From the NCBI GenBank assembly GCA_964016885.1, contig OZ024743.1:237274001-237338000 (forward strand): a stretch of DNA of 64,000 nucleotides, read 5' to 3'. A program made the translations under genes and the position numbers. Origin of the DNA: Eledone cirrhosa. Taxonomy: Eukaryota. Below the pieces are notes generated by a model. That model was not told where the DNA came from and did no database searches. It saw only the letters and a list, made by a program, of their open reading frames with translations. Positions 41,614 to 55,285 of this stretch are shown one piece after another (position 1 is the first letter of the stretch; every line of letters begins with the position of its first letter).

Positions 41614-42621
41614 TTATCAAATATCAACCAAGGTTAACATAATATATTACAGTTATCAAATATCAACCAAGGTTAACATAATATATCAAATATCAACCAA
41701 AATAAAACTTTGATATCTGATAAAGATATGTACATAAATTGTAGCGTATTAACAAATAGATGTGTGTTTTGGTAGTTTGGGGAGAAAAGTATAATTGGAG
41801 GGTAGGGACAGTTCCACCACCCCTGTACCTATGTAGGTTTAACTGGTCCCTGACGAGGTTGCGTCCCGTCGGTTTATTAAAGATAGAAGCCTCAGTTATA
41901 GGCATGCATGACTCCGTCACTCCAGAGGGAATCGTAGGAGCACCATGTTGACAGACGGCGTTATAGAGCATTTTTAACCTGGTGGAGCCCTCTCCAGGTC
42001 TGAATACAGCAGAGAGAATAGAAGTGATAAAGAGATGTAGACGAAGAATCGATCCCAGTACTTGACTGCGTCTCATAGGAGATTTCTTTCGTTTTTAATG
42101 ATACGAGCCTCAGTCATATAACACGTACATATATGTATGTTGTTACAGCTCAGACAGGTTTAGCTGGCTTCTTGCAAAGTTGCATCTCATAGGAGGTATC
42201 CCGATTGCTTAAATGATAAGGTCCCCAGTCATATCAAGTTGTGGTTACACCTCACATCTATGTAGGTTTAGCTAACATCATACAAAGTTGCATTTCATAG
42301 AAGGATTCTCGTATGGTTTAATAATAGGGGTTCTAGTCCTATTAGGATGTTGTTACAGCTCACACATATTTAGGTTTACCTGGTTTCCTACAAGGTTGCT
42401 TTCATAGGGGTTTTCTCGCGGGATTTAATGATAGGGCTCCCAGTCGTATTATGACCTGTTGCAGATCAAATAAAAGAAGGAAGCAATAATTCTATATTTT
42501 TCTATATTTCTGTGTTCAAAACTGCGAAGAGTGACAGTAAATATTGTTTTACCCACTGGGTGTCAAATACAAACTTACTTGGAAACACGTCACGCCTCAA
42601 TAAATGTAATGAAGCTCTAAC

Positions 42622-42901
42622 CAGTAGCGTGCACAGGTGTGTGGGGTGTGTGTGGGGGGTTGGGGTGAATTGACCCCGGACATCCTTTGGATGGGAACAT
42701 CATTTGGGGAAAAGAACTTAATAAATTTGATTGATTTATATTAAAATCGAATAAAGTGTTTATTTCATATTTCATCTGTGTTTATATATTCAAAATGTTT
42801 TCCTTTCTCATATTTCTCAGTATATTAGGCCTTGTACTTGAGTCTTTGGGACATATAATCAAGATTTTCTCCAGGCATCACCAGAGCTCTGCACACCCCT
42901 A
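42622..42901. mobile_element. hAT-like MITE
   Basis: perfect 8-bp TSD gctctaac (42614-21, 42902-09); imperfect 15-bp TIRs. Confidence 0.65.
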
Positions 42902-43766
42902 GCTCTAACACCTCGTTCTTTTTATTATATACTAGCTGAGGTACCCAACTTCGCCAAGGTTAACAAATGATAAGAGAAGACCGGCAGAAGAGAAAACGTC
43001 TGTATTGAATGCATTGTCTTGTTTACAGTGTGTGTGTATTGTGTGTGTGTGTGTATGTTTGTGTGTATATATATATATGTGTGTGTGAGTGTTCGTGTGT
43101 GTGTGAGTATAATATATATATATATGTGTGTGTGTATATATATATATGTGTGTGTGTGTGTGCCTGTGTGAATGTTCGTGTGTGTGCGTGTGCGTGTGTA
43201 ATCCACCGTTGGAATCGGAGACAGGCCGCGAAACACGATCATCACTGACAACGAATTCGCAGAGAGAATCCCTTATGGTTGATGCCCAACCTGCTAGAAA
43301 TAGCAGTCAGGTTGGTTAGCATACGTGGTATGTCTTTCTTTTTCTTTGGTGTTATAAAATTAGTATAAAAAAACTTTCCTGGATATACTCTTATCCCAAT
43401 CCTGTACGTACTTTCCGATTGTCACTTTTCGTTTTTTTTCGTGTGATACGCGAAGGAACCAACCAACAAACATCTCTCTTTTATATCTCTTTTATTGGTT
43501 CATTCAAAATATTTTTCAGCTAATTCTGTCGAACAATATACATCAGCAATCGTTATCTAATGTTTAAAACATGAATAGCTGCTATATATGCACCATATCA
43601 ATCAAAAACGATATGAGAATTGAATACCATACTAAAGCGCCAATAAGCTTGCTAAGAACCTGCAGATAGAAATGTTAATAAATACAACATTTGGCTTGGG
43701 TAAACTTTAAAATGTTCTTTCATTGTAGGTTTCTTTTCTCCTTCCTCTCCTTTTCCTTAGCTCACC

Positions 43767-43875
43767 CTAGAGCATCTTACATACATTTGACCATGATTTT
43801 CCCAGATGAAGGCCAGCCACTTTTAGGGTTTGACCCTGAGCTTTGGTGATGGTAATCACGAAGCTTAGTCTCTCT
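43767..43875 (-). pseudogene. Helitron PIF1-helicase remnant
   Basis: RLSFVITITKAQGQTLKVAGL...HGQMYV (frameshifted), helicase motifs V-VI. Confidence 0.75.
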
Positions 43876-44559
43876 GTTCTTCTAGTAACATTTTTTTCTT
43901 TTGGAAAATCTGATCTTGCGGCCAGGCTAGGACTTTTTGGGTGGCATATCGGCAGTAACAATGACGATAAGCCGTCTGTGCTTTCGTGAAATAAGTACGT
44001 TTGTTTATATTTTGTTTTTGTGTATGCAAAAATATCTGTACACGAATATATAATTATATATATATATATATATATATTAAAATAACAGATTAAAGTTTAA
44101 GCAAAGAATCGCTGCTTTCACCCTTAACGTGATCTTCTGAAACTAAAAAAATCAATCTGTGAACGCATAAGTAAATATTTCGAAAAACGTTGCAACCGAA
44201 AGAAAACAGGAAGATGATACTTTGGTTCGTGAAGACGTTAGGAATGTCGTATAACCGGAAGTGTTGACATTTGAAATTTTAAAGAAGTGAATATTTAAAT
44301 AATGTCTTTAATCTTTTAACAAAATACAGTAGACAAAAATACCCTCACTTTCTTACTTGGAAAAAGTTACATCTATGGTGTAAATTTGGTGCCGTTTGGT
44401 CCAGCCGCTTGGCGGAAAGTTTGTTACTTACATATGGCCTTCAGCTTTATAGTATATATATATATATACATACAAAAATAAAATAAGAATTTTATTTCTC
44501 GATCTAGCACAGCTGATACATAAAAGTAAGTATGCATACGTACACACACATGCATATAC

Positions 44560-44616
<57 letters not shown>

Positions 44617-44685
44617 ATGGTAGCTATGATGCTTCCATAGGCGGTATGCCGGTTGAGCACTCTGTTCTTACAGAGCAGAGTGTGA

Positions 44686-44920
44686 TATAATATAAAACGA
44701 AACATCAGTGATGGATCTGAACTCAATTTATTGTGTGTTACAATTGTTTCGCCGGCAGACAGCTCGAGACACGATCATTGTGTTGATCTGACGAACCTGC
44801 AGATCCAGAATCAGACAGATCCACACAATGATCGTGTTTCGAGCTGTCTGCGGGCGAAACAATTGTAACACACAATAAATTGAGTTCAGATGCATCACTG
44901 ATTTTTCGTTTTATATTATA
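44686..44920. repeat. fold-back element with degenerate hammerhead
   Basis: ~105-bp arms; gtgt...ggc-GAAAC-aatt-GTA-acac, then AATAAA. Confidence 0.8.
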
Positions 44921-45791
44921 CTAGCATTAAAGCCCAGCGTTGCTCGGGGTCAGTAAGTTACCAAAGTTAGGTTGCACCACCCATTTTATGGCAGCACTTT
45001 TTTGTCTGCCAGGTACTGGGTGAATGAATTGCAGACCTGGACTGCCGAAGCAGGAGCTGCGCCAGCAGTGACAATTGTAGTTTCGCCTATGGATATTATC
45101 TCTGTGCGAAGAAGTGTTGAAATTTATTGTTTCACAGTACTTGCGCAACACGCGCGTAGACGATGCCAGCCGAACAACAGAGCTGCGATGGAGTTGTTCT
45201 GCATGGTTGTCTAATGTGTGTTTTCTAAATTTAAGACAGTAGGGAGGGGTGTGATATGGGAGAGAGTTAGCTGCTGTTTCTAGCAGGTTTAGTGACCACA
45301 TAGAGGATATTACTGTGTATAGTAAATGAACTGATACTTCTTTCTTCCACGTTCGTTGATAGATGTTTTAAAAAAGATTTATTGCTATTTTTTTTTTTGT
45401 TGTTTAATAAATTTATCTGTTGCTTTTGAATAATTGTTGTTTCGTATGAAATGTAATAAGTTCTCTTTGTCATTGAAGTAAATAAATATTTGACCGTTCC
45501 ACACTCAAAAACAAACGTTCTCTCTCTCTCTTAAAGTTTAAGGGGAGTAGAGAGAGGGTATCTGATTGTATTAGAGGGGTAAAGCGTCATGTATTTAGTT
45601 TTATCGATTATTTCCGTAATTGTGGGTGAGTATGAATGAAATAAATAGTCGTTGTTCTAAGTTACACCATTTACAACATTCTTACAGACTTTGAGTCGAA
45701 TCGGTTTGAAATTGTGCAAATGTATAAACATGGAACATGCACACACACACACACACACACAACAACAACAACAATCTGCCTTTTATAGATA

Positions 45792-45795
<4 letters not shown>
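44921..45795 (-). mobile_element. non-autonomous Helitron-like element (similar end at 42932)
   Basis: CTAG end with adjacent GC hairpin cccagcgttgctcggg; tatatctataaaagg-like 5' end on the minus strand. Confidence 0.5.
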
Positions 45796-45842
<47 letters not shown>

Positions 45843-45848
<6 letters not shown>

Positions 45849-46469
45849 GAAGAGAGAAGAAACATTTAGATATAATTAGTAATAAAATGTATCATACCTA
45901 AACTGCTCCTAGATTCCTCGACTACGTAGTTTCGTGGCATAAACAAAAACAATACATCATAAAGATATATATAACGGTCGAGAAACAGAGCTAAGCCTCT
46001 TATAACCCCGAAGAAAATACCACGGAGGCGGAGGGGGTATTCATATCGAAGCCGTAGAAGAGGTGGTGAAGGAGGCGAGAAGTATGAGTAATGGAAGCTT
46101 TCCTTACTCATACTTCTCGCCTCCTTCACCACCTCTTCTACGGCTTCGATATGAATACCCCCTCCGCCTCCGTGGTATTTTCTTCGGGGTTATAAGAGGC
46201 TTAGCTCTGTTTCTCGACCGTTATATCGCGTGACTATCTCCCCCTCCGCCTTTTGGGATTCTTTCTCACGTCGTGTAGACGCGTTCTTGAGACTAGTAAA
46301 ATGAGGTATCCTCTTGATAAGTCGGCAGACCTCGCAAGGACTCTATATCTTTATGATGTATTGTTTTTGTTTATGCCACGAAACTACGTAGTCGAGGAAT
46401 CTAGGAGCAGTTTAGGTATGATACATTTTATTACTAATTATATCTAAATGTTTCTTCTCTCTTCATAAT
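45843..46469. repeat. fold-back with internally deleted left arm; hammerhead at 46310-46397 (+), U3-A8 core
   Basis: outer arms 45843-45968/46344-46469, inner arms 45968-46092/46103-46226; cctc-TTGATAA-gt.ggc...gccac-GAAAC-tacgta-GTC-gagg. Confidence 0.85.
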
Positions 46470-46626
46470 GTATTTTTAACTCTGATACTGGTTCAGTCTA
46501 GTTCAACCGGATTGGTCTGTCCCAGTCATTCATTGAGCAACATCTGTGAAGTTGGCACCCTTAACTCACGGTTGGGTGCGGGTGCATTCATGTATATGTG
46601 TGTGTCCGCATGTATCTGTGTGTTTC

Positions 46627-46679
<53 letters not shown>

Positions 46680-46691
<12 letters not shown>

Positions 46692-47787
46692 GAGGATGTC
46701 TGTCTGTCTGTCTGTCTGTCTAAATCCCTAAGACTCGAGAAGTACCCGACCGATTTTTTTTCAAACTTTACACATGCGTTACTTATATTTCTTGATGTGC
46801 AATGGGCTGAAAAATTTTAAACTTTTTCTGCCTTTGGGCGAAAAGCCGCATTTTTAGGCATAAATTAAAGATAATCCAGCCGATTTCCTCGAAATTTGCA
46901 GCACACATTAGTTAGTCCCCTCGCATTGCTGTGGACAAAAAAAAATTCCGATTCCATTAATGGTTTCTAGGAATTTACGAATTAGTATTGGGCATTACAT
47001 GCCATTTTCATTTTCAATATAAACGCTACTTAAACATGGTAAGTAGCGTATGATATTTCGTTAAAAATTTGGTTTATTTAACAGAGGACACAACACTTAC
47101 TTTTAAGCAGGGCCATTTTCGGGAGATTGGGGAAATGAGGACCTTAACATTTTTGTCGGCTCCCTGTTGACGCTTCGTGCTTTCATCCCGCGAAAATCCG
47201 GCCCCCGTGTACGTTGGCGTGTTATTGACACCGTAAAACTCACGTCTGTGCTACTTCTATTAAGATCCCTTTTGTTGCACCTACACCGCAGTATGAACGC
47301 CCTGCGCAAGTATGCCGAACAGCGGTTGTGCTAATTCCGCGGTGACTCCTTTTGTCGCACCTTTGTTGCTGTATAAACGCAGTGCAACCAGTGCCGCCCA
47401 GTGTTTGTGTTAATTGCACTATGATTTCGTCATCTCAATATCCCTACTTAAACGTACACCCCTACTTGGTTTTCACACAATTGACTACGTCGCTCCTTCA
47501 GACTGACGTGTGTTCCCCATCTGTGACGTAATTCGTGAACAGACTTACGACATACATCGCCCCACAAGACTTACTTACTCATTTCGCATGCAGGATTTCC
47601 GCAATCAGCCCACTGACACTGCTACTACTGGATTCGGCCTGCTGGTGTTCTTCGTTTCCAGTAGATGAACACTCATTCCCTGAGAATAAGGGAATTCAAA
47701 AAGTACACAGCTACATTCCTCAATCTTTGCATATGCGTGTTGCTATTTCACGGTTCCTACCCCGTGCAACGCCGGGTCCTGGTGCTA

Positions 47788-47788
<1 letters not shown>
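46680..47788 (+). mobile_element. non-autonomous Helitron-like element in (TA)n
   Basis: (tctg)n near the 5' end; 3' hairpin ccccgtgcaacgccggg, then CTAG|t. Confidence 0.65.
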
Positions 47789-47861
<73 letters not shown>

Positions 47862-47862
<1 letters not shown>

Positions 47863-48049
47863 TAAGTTATTCCGGGTTGAATCGGAGGTAACCACAGTAA
47901 GTAAGGTACTCAATACATAGCAGAGTATAAAAGTTTTAATATAGATGAGATTCTACAGGACTAGAACTGTTTCATTCTTTAGAAATCATCAGCCAGATTC
48001 CTGATGATTTCTAAAGAATGAAACAGTTCTAGTCCTGTAGAATCTCATC

Positions 48050-48054
<5 letters not shown>
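47862..48054. repeat. hairpin whose arms are a hammerhead core + tail; family fragment also at ~63200-63244
   Basis: arms 47939-47992/48001-48054; CTGATGA-t-ttc/taaa/gaa-t-GAAAC...GTC. Confidence 0.8.
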
Positions 48055-48086
<32 letters not shown>

Positions 48087-48102
48087 AAAAGGTAAACAGA
48101 AA

Positions 48103-48304
48103 TAACAACACAATCGGTACAGTATATGGAAGGTATATGTTAGGTTAACGCTTGATATAGCAGGAAGAGGGTCTTAACATTTCGGACGCTAGTCCCTCAT
48201 CAGAAGAAAGAATGAGAAATAAAATAGATTAAGTGGACGGGCGGGATGGAATTGGAAAAAAGTCTTTAGATAAAAATAACAGGTCCATTCATGTTGACAT
48301 CTCT

Positions 48305-48340
<36 letters not shown>

Positions 48341-48492
48341 GACTCAACTCACCTCCCCAATTTCTCTAATACCCCGTCCATTATCACATCCCTCGAGTCC
48401 TATCGCTTTCTCTTTGCTCATAGCTTCGTACTTACATGCACACACTCTTTTACTCACATATACACACATATCTCTTAGCTTCGTACGGACCT

Positions 48493-48556
<64 letters not shown>

Positions 48557-48884
48557 CTTACGCACGTGTTCAAGTATAGCTCTTTTTACAAAACGATTTT
48601 TTTTCCATTTCAGGTAGACGCACTCCATCATCCACTTTTCTAAAAGATAAATCATACACAAAACGCCAGCACCAAGTTTTCCAAGAGATGTCAACATGAA
48701 TGGACCTGTTATTTTTAGCTAAAGACATTTTTTCCAATTCCAACCCGCCCGTCCCCTCAATCTATTTTATTTATCATTCTTTCTTCTGATGAAGGACTAG
48801 CGTCCGAAACGTTAAGACCCTCTTCCTGTTATATCAAGCGTTAACCTAATATATACCTTCCATATACTGTACCTATTGTGTTGT
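48103..48884. repeat. fold-back, ~200-bp arms; hammerhead at 48782-48817 (+) and mirror at ~48172-48207 (-)
   Basis: tctt-CTGATGA-a-ggac/tagc/gtcc-GAAACGTT-aaga. Confidence 0.85.
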
Positions 48885-49874
48885 CTCAGGGTCGCCCTCT
48901 TTGGTCGTAGAGATGAAGAGTTTCTCCACTATGTCGACTGCTGCTTCGTCTCAGGGTCGCCTTCTTTGGTCGTAGAGATGAAGAGCTTTTTCACTATGTC
49001 GACTGCTGCTTTGTCTCAGGGTCGCCTTCTTTGGTCGTAGAGACGAAGAGCTTTTCCACTATGTCGACTACTGCTTCGTCTCAGGGTCGTACTTGTAGAC
49101 CCAACTCACGTCACCAGAGATGATCCTCGACATGAAGGATGGGTCACCAGTGGCACACTGACTGAGATCTTGAGAGACTTTGATGCAATGTTCTTTCTGC
49201 TCAGTGTTCATCAGGCGGAGGACAAACTAGGCAGGACACGCCGCATGTTCAATTCAGACATTAGGTTTGCCTGTACGGACCCATACGTCAGACCAACAAC
49301 ATCAGTAATATCGTTGATTGCCCTCCAACGATCCTCTTGCAGAAACTGATTAATTTTCTCCACTTTTCTGCGAGTGACGCTCATAACAGGTCTTCTAGAT
49401 CGCTCGTCATCTTCCAGGGACGTTCTTCCGCTTTTGAAGTGCTCATGCCACTCAAAACATAGCATACGACCCATTGCCCCTCGCCATAAGCTTGCCGAAA
49501 CATACTCAATGTCTCTGTAGCAGACTTCCCAAGTTGAATCCAAAATTTCACGTTGGCTCTTTGTTCCAACTTCCTATTCATGACAAATCGCAGGCTACAA
49601 CATAGACGTGATCACAAAAACACAAATTTCACAACTTGTGAAATGAACACAGTGATGTCACTCGGCATACTGGCGCATGAAGGTCCCTGCTAGTTCTCAC
49701 TGTGATGTCACTCGGTACACTGGTGTATGAAGGTCCCTGCTAGCTCTCACTACGATGTCACTCAGTATACTGGCGCATGAAGGTCCCTGCTAGTTCTGAC
49801 TGCACGTGCAACCATGTGCTGCCATCTGTTGGCGCGCTACAGAACTAGTCCGGAAATCTTTTGATACCACCTCG
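48883..49874 (-). mobile_element. 3'-truncated mariner transposon relic
   Basis: TIR ta-cgaggtggtatcaaaagatttccggact; EQRANVKF...GKSATET, FKSGRTSLEDDERS, WVYKYDPETK; three 65-bp tandem copies at the broken end. Confidence 0.88.
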
Positions 49875-50171
49875 TATATTGATAAATTATTCACGCGGAG
49901 AAATATTAAAATATATTAAACTTAAGCCAAAATCTCATTTTGGTATGATTCAATACTTCTTTGAGTGGATGATTTATTAATATATCTTGTCCTTTCATTG
50001 AGATATTTACCTGTTAGAAACAGTTAACTTTATAGTTATAATATTGATATTGACTGTTACATGATTGTTCAGCTGATTTAGACGGTTTTGGCTGTTATTT
50101 CCAACGTCAATATAAGCTTGACGTATTGTCCTAATACATTAAGTAGGAAATATTCATACAGTAACTCAGTG

Positions 50172-50578
50172 TTGTAACACGTTGTCTCACCATGTGGTCT
50201 ACTGGTGCCATAGTATATATATTTGTAACACGTTGTCTCACCATGTGGTCTACTGGTGCCATGGTATATATATTTGTAACACGTTGTCTCACCATGTGGT
50301 CTACTGGTGCCATGGTATATATATTTGTAACACGTTGTCTCACCATGTGGTCTACTGGTGCCATAGTATATATATTTTTAACACGTTATCTCACCATGTG
50401 GTCTACTGGTGCCATGGTATATATATTTGTAACACGTTGTCTCACCATGTGGTCTACTGGTGCCATGGTATATATATTTGTAACACGTTGACTCACCATG
50501 TGGTCTACTGGTGCCATGGTATATATATTTGTAACACGTTGTTCCACCATTTGGTCTACTGGTGCCATGGTATATATA
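50172..50578. repeat. 51-bp minisatellite x8
   Basis: tgtaacacgttgtctcaccatgtggtctactggtgccatggtatatatatt. Confidence 0.95.
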
Positions 50579-50919
50579 TCCAACTTGTCAATTTGGGTGG
50601 AATATATTGATATAGTAATTCAACTATACAACACCTCGTTCTCCGTGTGGCCTAGCAACGAAATGGTATGTATGATATATTTTTAACTTATCCCCTTATT
50701 TCTAAGAAGAATTCACCCGCTGATGAAGGAACTTAAATTCTTCCAATATTGGTTACTCCAATGTTTTGGAGTCCCTGATGTTGTATCTTCAGTTCCAGAC
50801 ACCATGGTCGGTTTATTATATAAATTACAGACGATTTCTTTAGCCGACTTGGGGTGTATACACCCAAAATGAGATTTTAACTTAAGTTTAATATATTATG
50901 TATTATATATATATATATC

Positions 50920-51387
50920 TTGGTTGCCCATCGTAAACGATGATGACATCTTCTTTATTTTAGTTCTCGTCTGTCGTGGGCACGAAGGTGGCTGTGGAGG
51001 CCGATCCTTGACTTGCAGGTACGGGGACAGGGCTTTGGGAGTGCACACTAAAGAAGAAACCTGTGCGGGAAAGGTTTATAGTGGGAGGGCCAGTGCACAG
51101 TGACGGTCTCACTCACTCGGCCGCAGAAGCCAGAATCCGGTGGTACGGAGGACCGTCACGACCAGGGACTTCCTTGGCTGCAGTGGATGGCCACGACGTC
51201 TGTAGTGCCTTGCCGTGCCCTAGCGCTCCACACCGCTTGCTGTCGCCGCCTTCGTGACCGTTGGGACGATATTGTCCTCCTCCACTCACTCCGCCGGGTC
51301 CAGTCTTCGCATGCAGGGGCAGGCATCCCCTATCCTGAGGCCACAGGTGAGAGCTGAGTGTCAGGTGGGACCCAATGCAGGACGAGC

Positions 51388-51390
<3 letters not shown>
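50920..51390 (-). mobile_element. GC-rich short insertion in (TA)n, possibly a non-autonomous RTE derivative
   Basis: sharp GC-rich block between TA tracts; minus-strand end atcatcgtttacgatgggcaacc resembles RTE 3' ends. Confidence 0.35.
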
Positions 51391-51461
<71 letters not shown>

Positions 51462-51862
51462 GGAACTATTATAGGTACCCGTTTACGTGTGTTGTATTGA
51501 AGCGAATAACTATGTGTATACTCTGGGAATGTATTCTACATTACCTATTGAGTACGCTGAGATACAACCGATCCTGACATTGATAAATATGCTGGGTCCG
51601 TCAACTCCTTACGGGGTCGATAAAATAAAGTACCAATAATACACTGGGTAATTGCTGGCCTTATGCCAAAAGTAGAAACAATTATATATATATATATATT
51701 TAATTATATCTCATAAAATAATACAACTGGTTTTTCCACATTATACATATTGTTAGCACCCCAAACACTTAAATTGGGTTTATATTTAAATATAACCTAA
51801 TGTTTGTTGAGTGAGATGGTTACCAGTCAGAGTTTAGCTTTAAACTATCTCTGTTATTGTAT

Positions 51863-51937
<75 letters not shown>

Positions 51938-52493
51938 CTGTCGAAACGGCCGGAGCTCAGCCGTCTTTTCCTATTACCCACTCTACTACCCAAAGTATCA
52001 AGTACTCTGGTGCGTTATGGTCCACCTGGTTTCTTATCACACTTTCTTTGTTATATATATATATATATATATATTGTTATACTTTGGGAGGTTCATGTTG
52101 CTAATAAGAAACACACGCACCAGTTGCAGCATGACACTCCCAAAGTATAACAATATCGGTTTCAACACACGTTTTTAGATAAAGAATCTTGCTAAACAAA
52201 TTCAGAAACGAAATATATATATATATATATATAGATATATATATAAAGTGTCTCTCTCGGGGACATAAGGCATCGCTCGGTCTAGCAATCGAAATCACAA
52301 TCTCACGTTGACGACGTGCCATATATATATGTATATATACACATTTAAATTTGGTGGTTTACCACTGGGTAGAATTGGTCATGCTGCAATGTTAATCATG
52401 ACGTAATATGAAAAAAGCACTCGACGCTATGCTACTCATCAATCTTTAATGTTGAATCATGTTGGTGGTGTGGGAATGGCGCCAAATGTATTA

Positions 52494-52933
52494 AAAAGTA
52501 AAATGACAGGGGATCAAATATGTTGAATTTCCTTAATTATTTATTTCTGCAAACACTATACATATTTCAGTGGCCACGTTGTGTAAGAACCTGGTGACAT
52601 CTTCAGGTGTAAATTTCGTAATAGATGTATACCAACGGAATGATGGTAAACATATTCCAAGAGGATTTAAGGAAAAACGCGGGGCATTATAACAACATGC
52701 TGCTCCGATCGTCTCTGGGTCAAAAACAAACACTTTTTTTTTCTTCTATGTTTTTTCTTTGCTTGTTTCCTTAAAGTTTACCATCATTCCGTTGGTATAC
52801 ATCTATTACGAAATTTACACCTGATGATGTCACCAGGTTCTTACACAATCTGGCCACTGAAATGTGCATAGTCTTTGCAGGAATAAATAATTAAAGAAAT
52901 TCAACATATTTGCCCCCCTGTCATTTTACTTTA
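52494..52933. repeat. fold-back, ~157-bp arms; hammerhead-like motif at ~52821-52873 (+) and mirror
   Basis: CTGATGA...GAAAT-gtgcat-AGTC, then AATAAA; left arm reads CTGAAGA on the minus strand. Confidence 0.8.
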
Positions 52934-53859
52934 TTATTATATATATGTGGATGGATTGGCAGTATCGGTAGAGGGTCGGTCACCATGCTTTTCAGCAAAG
53001 AGTTACGGCCCTTTATGGTCTGAGTTCAAATCCCACCGAGGTTAACTTTGCCTTTCATTCTTATGGGGTCGATAAAATAAAGTACCAGTAATGTACTGGG
53101 TAATTGCTGGCCTTGTGCCAAAAATAGAAACAAGTATTATTATATATATAAGGTGCGTCGCCAATGGTGAGGTTGTGAGTTCGATTCCCAGACCGGGCAA
53201 TGCGTTATGTCCGTGAGCAAGACACTTTATTTCACGTTGCTTCTTCTACCTGTAGTTGCAACCGATAGATAGTATTAGCAATTGGAAAGACCAATGGAAA
53301 CATTGTTTCCTCGGTCCGATTTGACGAACTCCACCCCACTCGTTAAATGAATGAGGTCTGGGATCTTATCGATCAATTATCGATATATATACATATAACT
53401 ATTATATTCTTATTGATTTTTTCTTGTTTTTAATTGAACGTTAATCAATTTCAACGATGTCTTCTTGATGTTCGATTAACGAAACGGCATACACGTGAAA
53501 TGTTCCAGTGACCGAGCATCCTCCATATATATGTACCCTTAGTGTAGTTGTCAGGGAGATTCAGTGTATGTCAGTGTGTGACAATGCTGATACTTTGAAT
53601 TATAGGTATAAACCATCCTGTACTACAGTGTAAATGGCTGAGGATTCCACAGACATGTGTATCCTTAACGTAATTCTCAGGAAGATTCAGTATAATAATT
53701 TGTGTTAAGGCTGGCCCTTTAAATTACAGATAAGCCAATCAGACCAGCTTCCGGACAGTTTCCGTTTATACAATTTTATTTTAAAGGCCCATCATACGAC
53801 ACCGCAAGGACATTAAATATTTCGTCACGTTGGTTATCAATAAGCATAAGGAATCTCCA

Positions 53860-54235
53860 TGAATCTTGGGTAATGACCGAAAGAACACGTTCGCTAATAC
53901 AAGCGGCCGAAATGGGGTTCCTCCGAAGGGTCTTTGGAGTAACGTTACTCGATAAAGTGTATAGCTCAGAAATCAGAGAATCACTCCAGGTAGAGCCCCC
54001 ACTTCTCTGAATTGAGGGATCACAGCTCTGATATTATGGACATATGGTTAGAATGTCTTAGGAAAGAATCGCTGGACAGATTTCACGGGCAAAACCAACC
54101 GACAGGAGACCCAGAGGTAGACCCCGAGCAAGATGGTTGGATAACATCTATGAGGTTGGCTCGTCTCGCTGTTACCAATTGATTCAGCCGGATCAATTGG
54201 AGACAGTTGCTTCTGATAAGAAGAAAAACCATTCT
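53860..54235 (+). mobile_element. RTE (Expander/Rex3-like) LINE 3' fragment
   Basis: WVMTERTRSLIQAAEMGFLRRV...YYGHMVRM...RPRGRPRARW with stops. Confidence 0.85.
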
Positions 54236-54347
54236 GTTTGATTAACATAATGTTACTGGCAGAAGTTAACGTTTTATGGAGAAAGAATTGGATGGAATTC
54301 TATAATACAAAATTGCGTAAAATTTGCGATGTTGTTATTGATAGAGT

Positions 54348-54804
54348 TGTAGTAAGACGCCTTACGCCCCCTAGCGGATAATGGATCAGGCCTAGTTGTC
54401 TCCCCCTGGTGGAGAACACCGAGGTAACCAGCAGACAGCCACGGGAAAGCAGACGGTATACACGCCACAGAAAACAGCCTCTGTACCACGAAACGATAAA
54501 CAGCCATCGGGAACAGCAAACACCACAATACCTTTGTAATTGTAATACTTCCCTTCACCACATCTGGATCACGTATATATTTGGTATGTTTCATTTGTAA
54601 TATAATAAACACATATAAACAAAATAAACATCACCATTATTTACATTTGTTGAATATAACTCTCGTTGTGGTTATTGTCTTGTTTACGCACACACCCACT
54701 CACTTTGTTATAATTCTCACTTACAAAAATGGTAAATAGACGAGAGACCTTCCCTCACGTCTATGTCGATACACAATCCAACTAGGATACTACATTTTAC
54801 CACA
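54348..54804 (+). mobile_element. solo LTR (Gypsy-like)
   Basis: TGTAGTAA...TTACCACA termini, 4-bp TSD gagt on both sides, internal AATAAA; 457 bp. Confidence 0.8.
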
Positions 54805-55198
54805 GAGTTAAACCATTCTGTTAGGAAAGCACTGTTATTCCACAAAGGAAGAGAGATTATATTTCTATTCTAAAGTTGAAGATGTATTTGCTAACTAAAC
54901 CCAACTCGCTTTTATCAGAATTAATTCACGTACATTTGTTACTAATAAAATTGTCTTGTTGATCTTTAAATATCTGGCTTATATGACACTCTGTCTTCTA
55001 TTTTGAATATAAAGATAAACCCTAGTAGCAACTATGAAGATGGCACATGCCTCATTATTTTTACGAGGTTTGCAATGAAGGTATTCAGTTTGACAGAGTC
55101 ATTTAGAGAGTTCGTTATAAGTTTTTTCTAAAGTCACGGTTTTCGTGTTCCTGTCCAGTATGGGTAATTCTCCTTTTTAAGGTTTTCTAGTAGGGTGA

Positions 55199-55279
<81 letters not shown>

Positions 55280-55285
<6 letters not shown>

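Noticed and set aside
50717-53490. Further hammerhead-like traces (50720, 51936, 53464; also 24965, 57385, 61693)
   Set aside because: Cores too truncated or degenerate to call individually, though compatible with the wider pattern.
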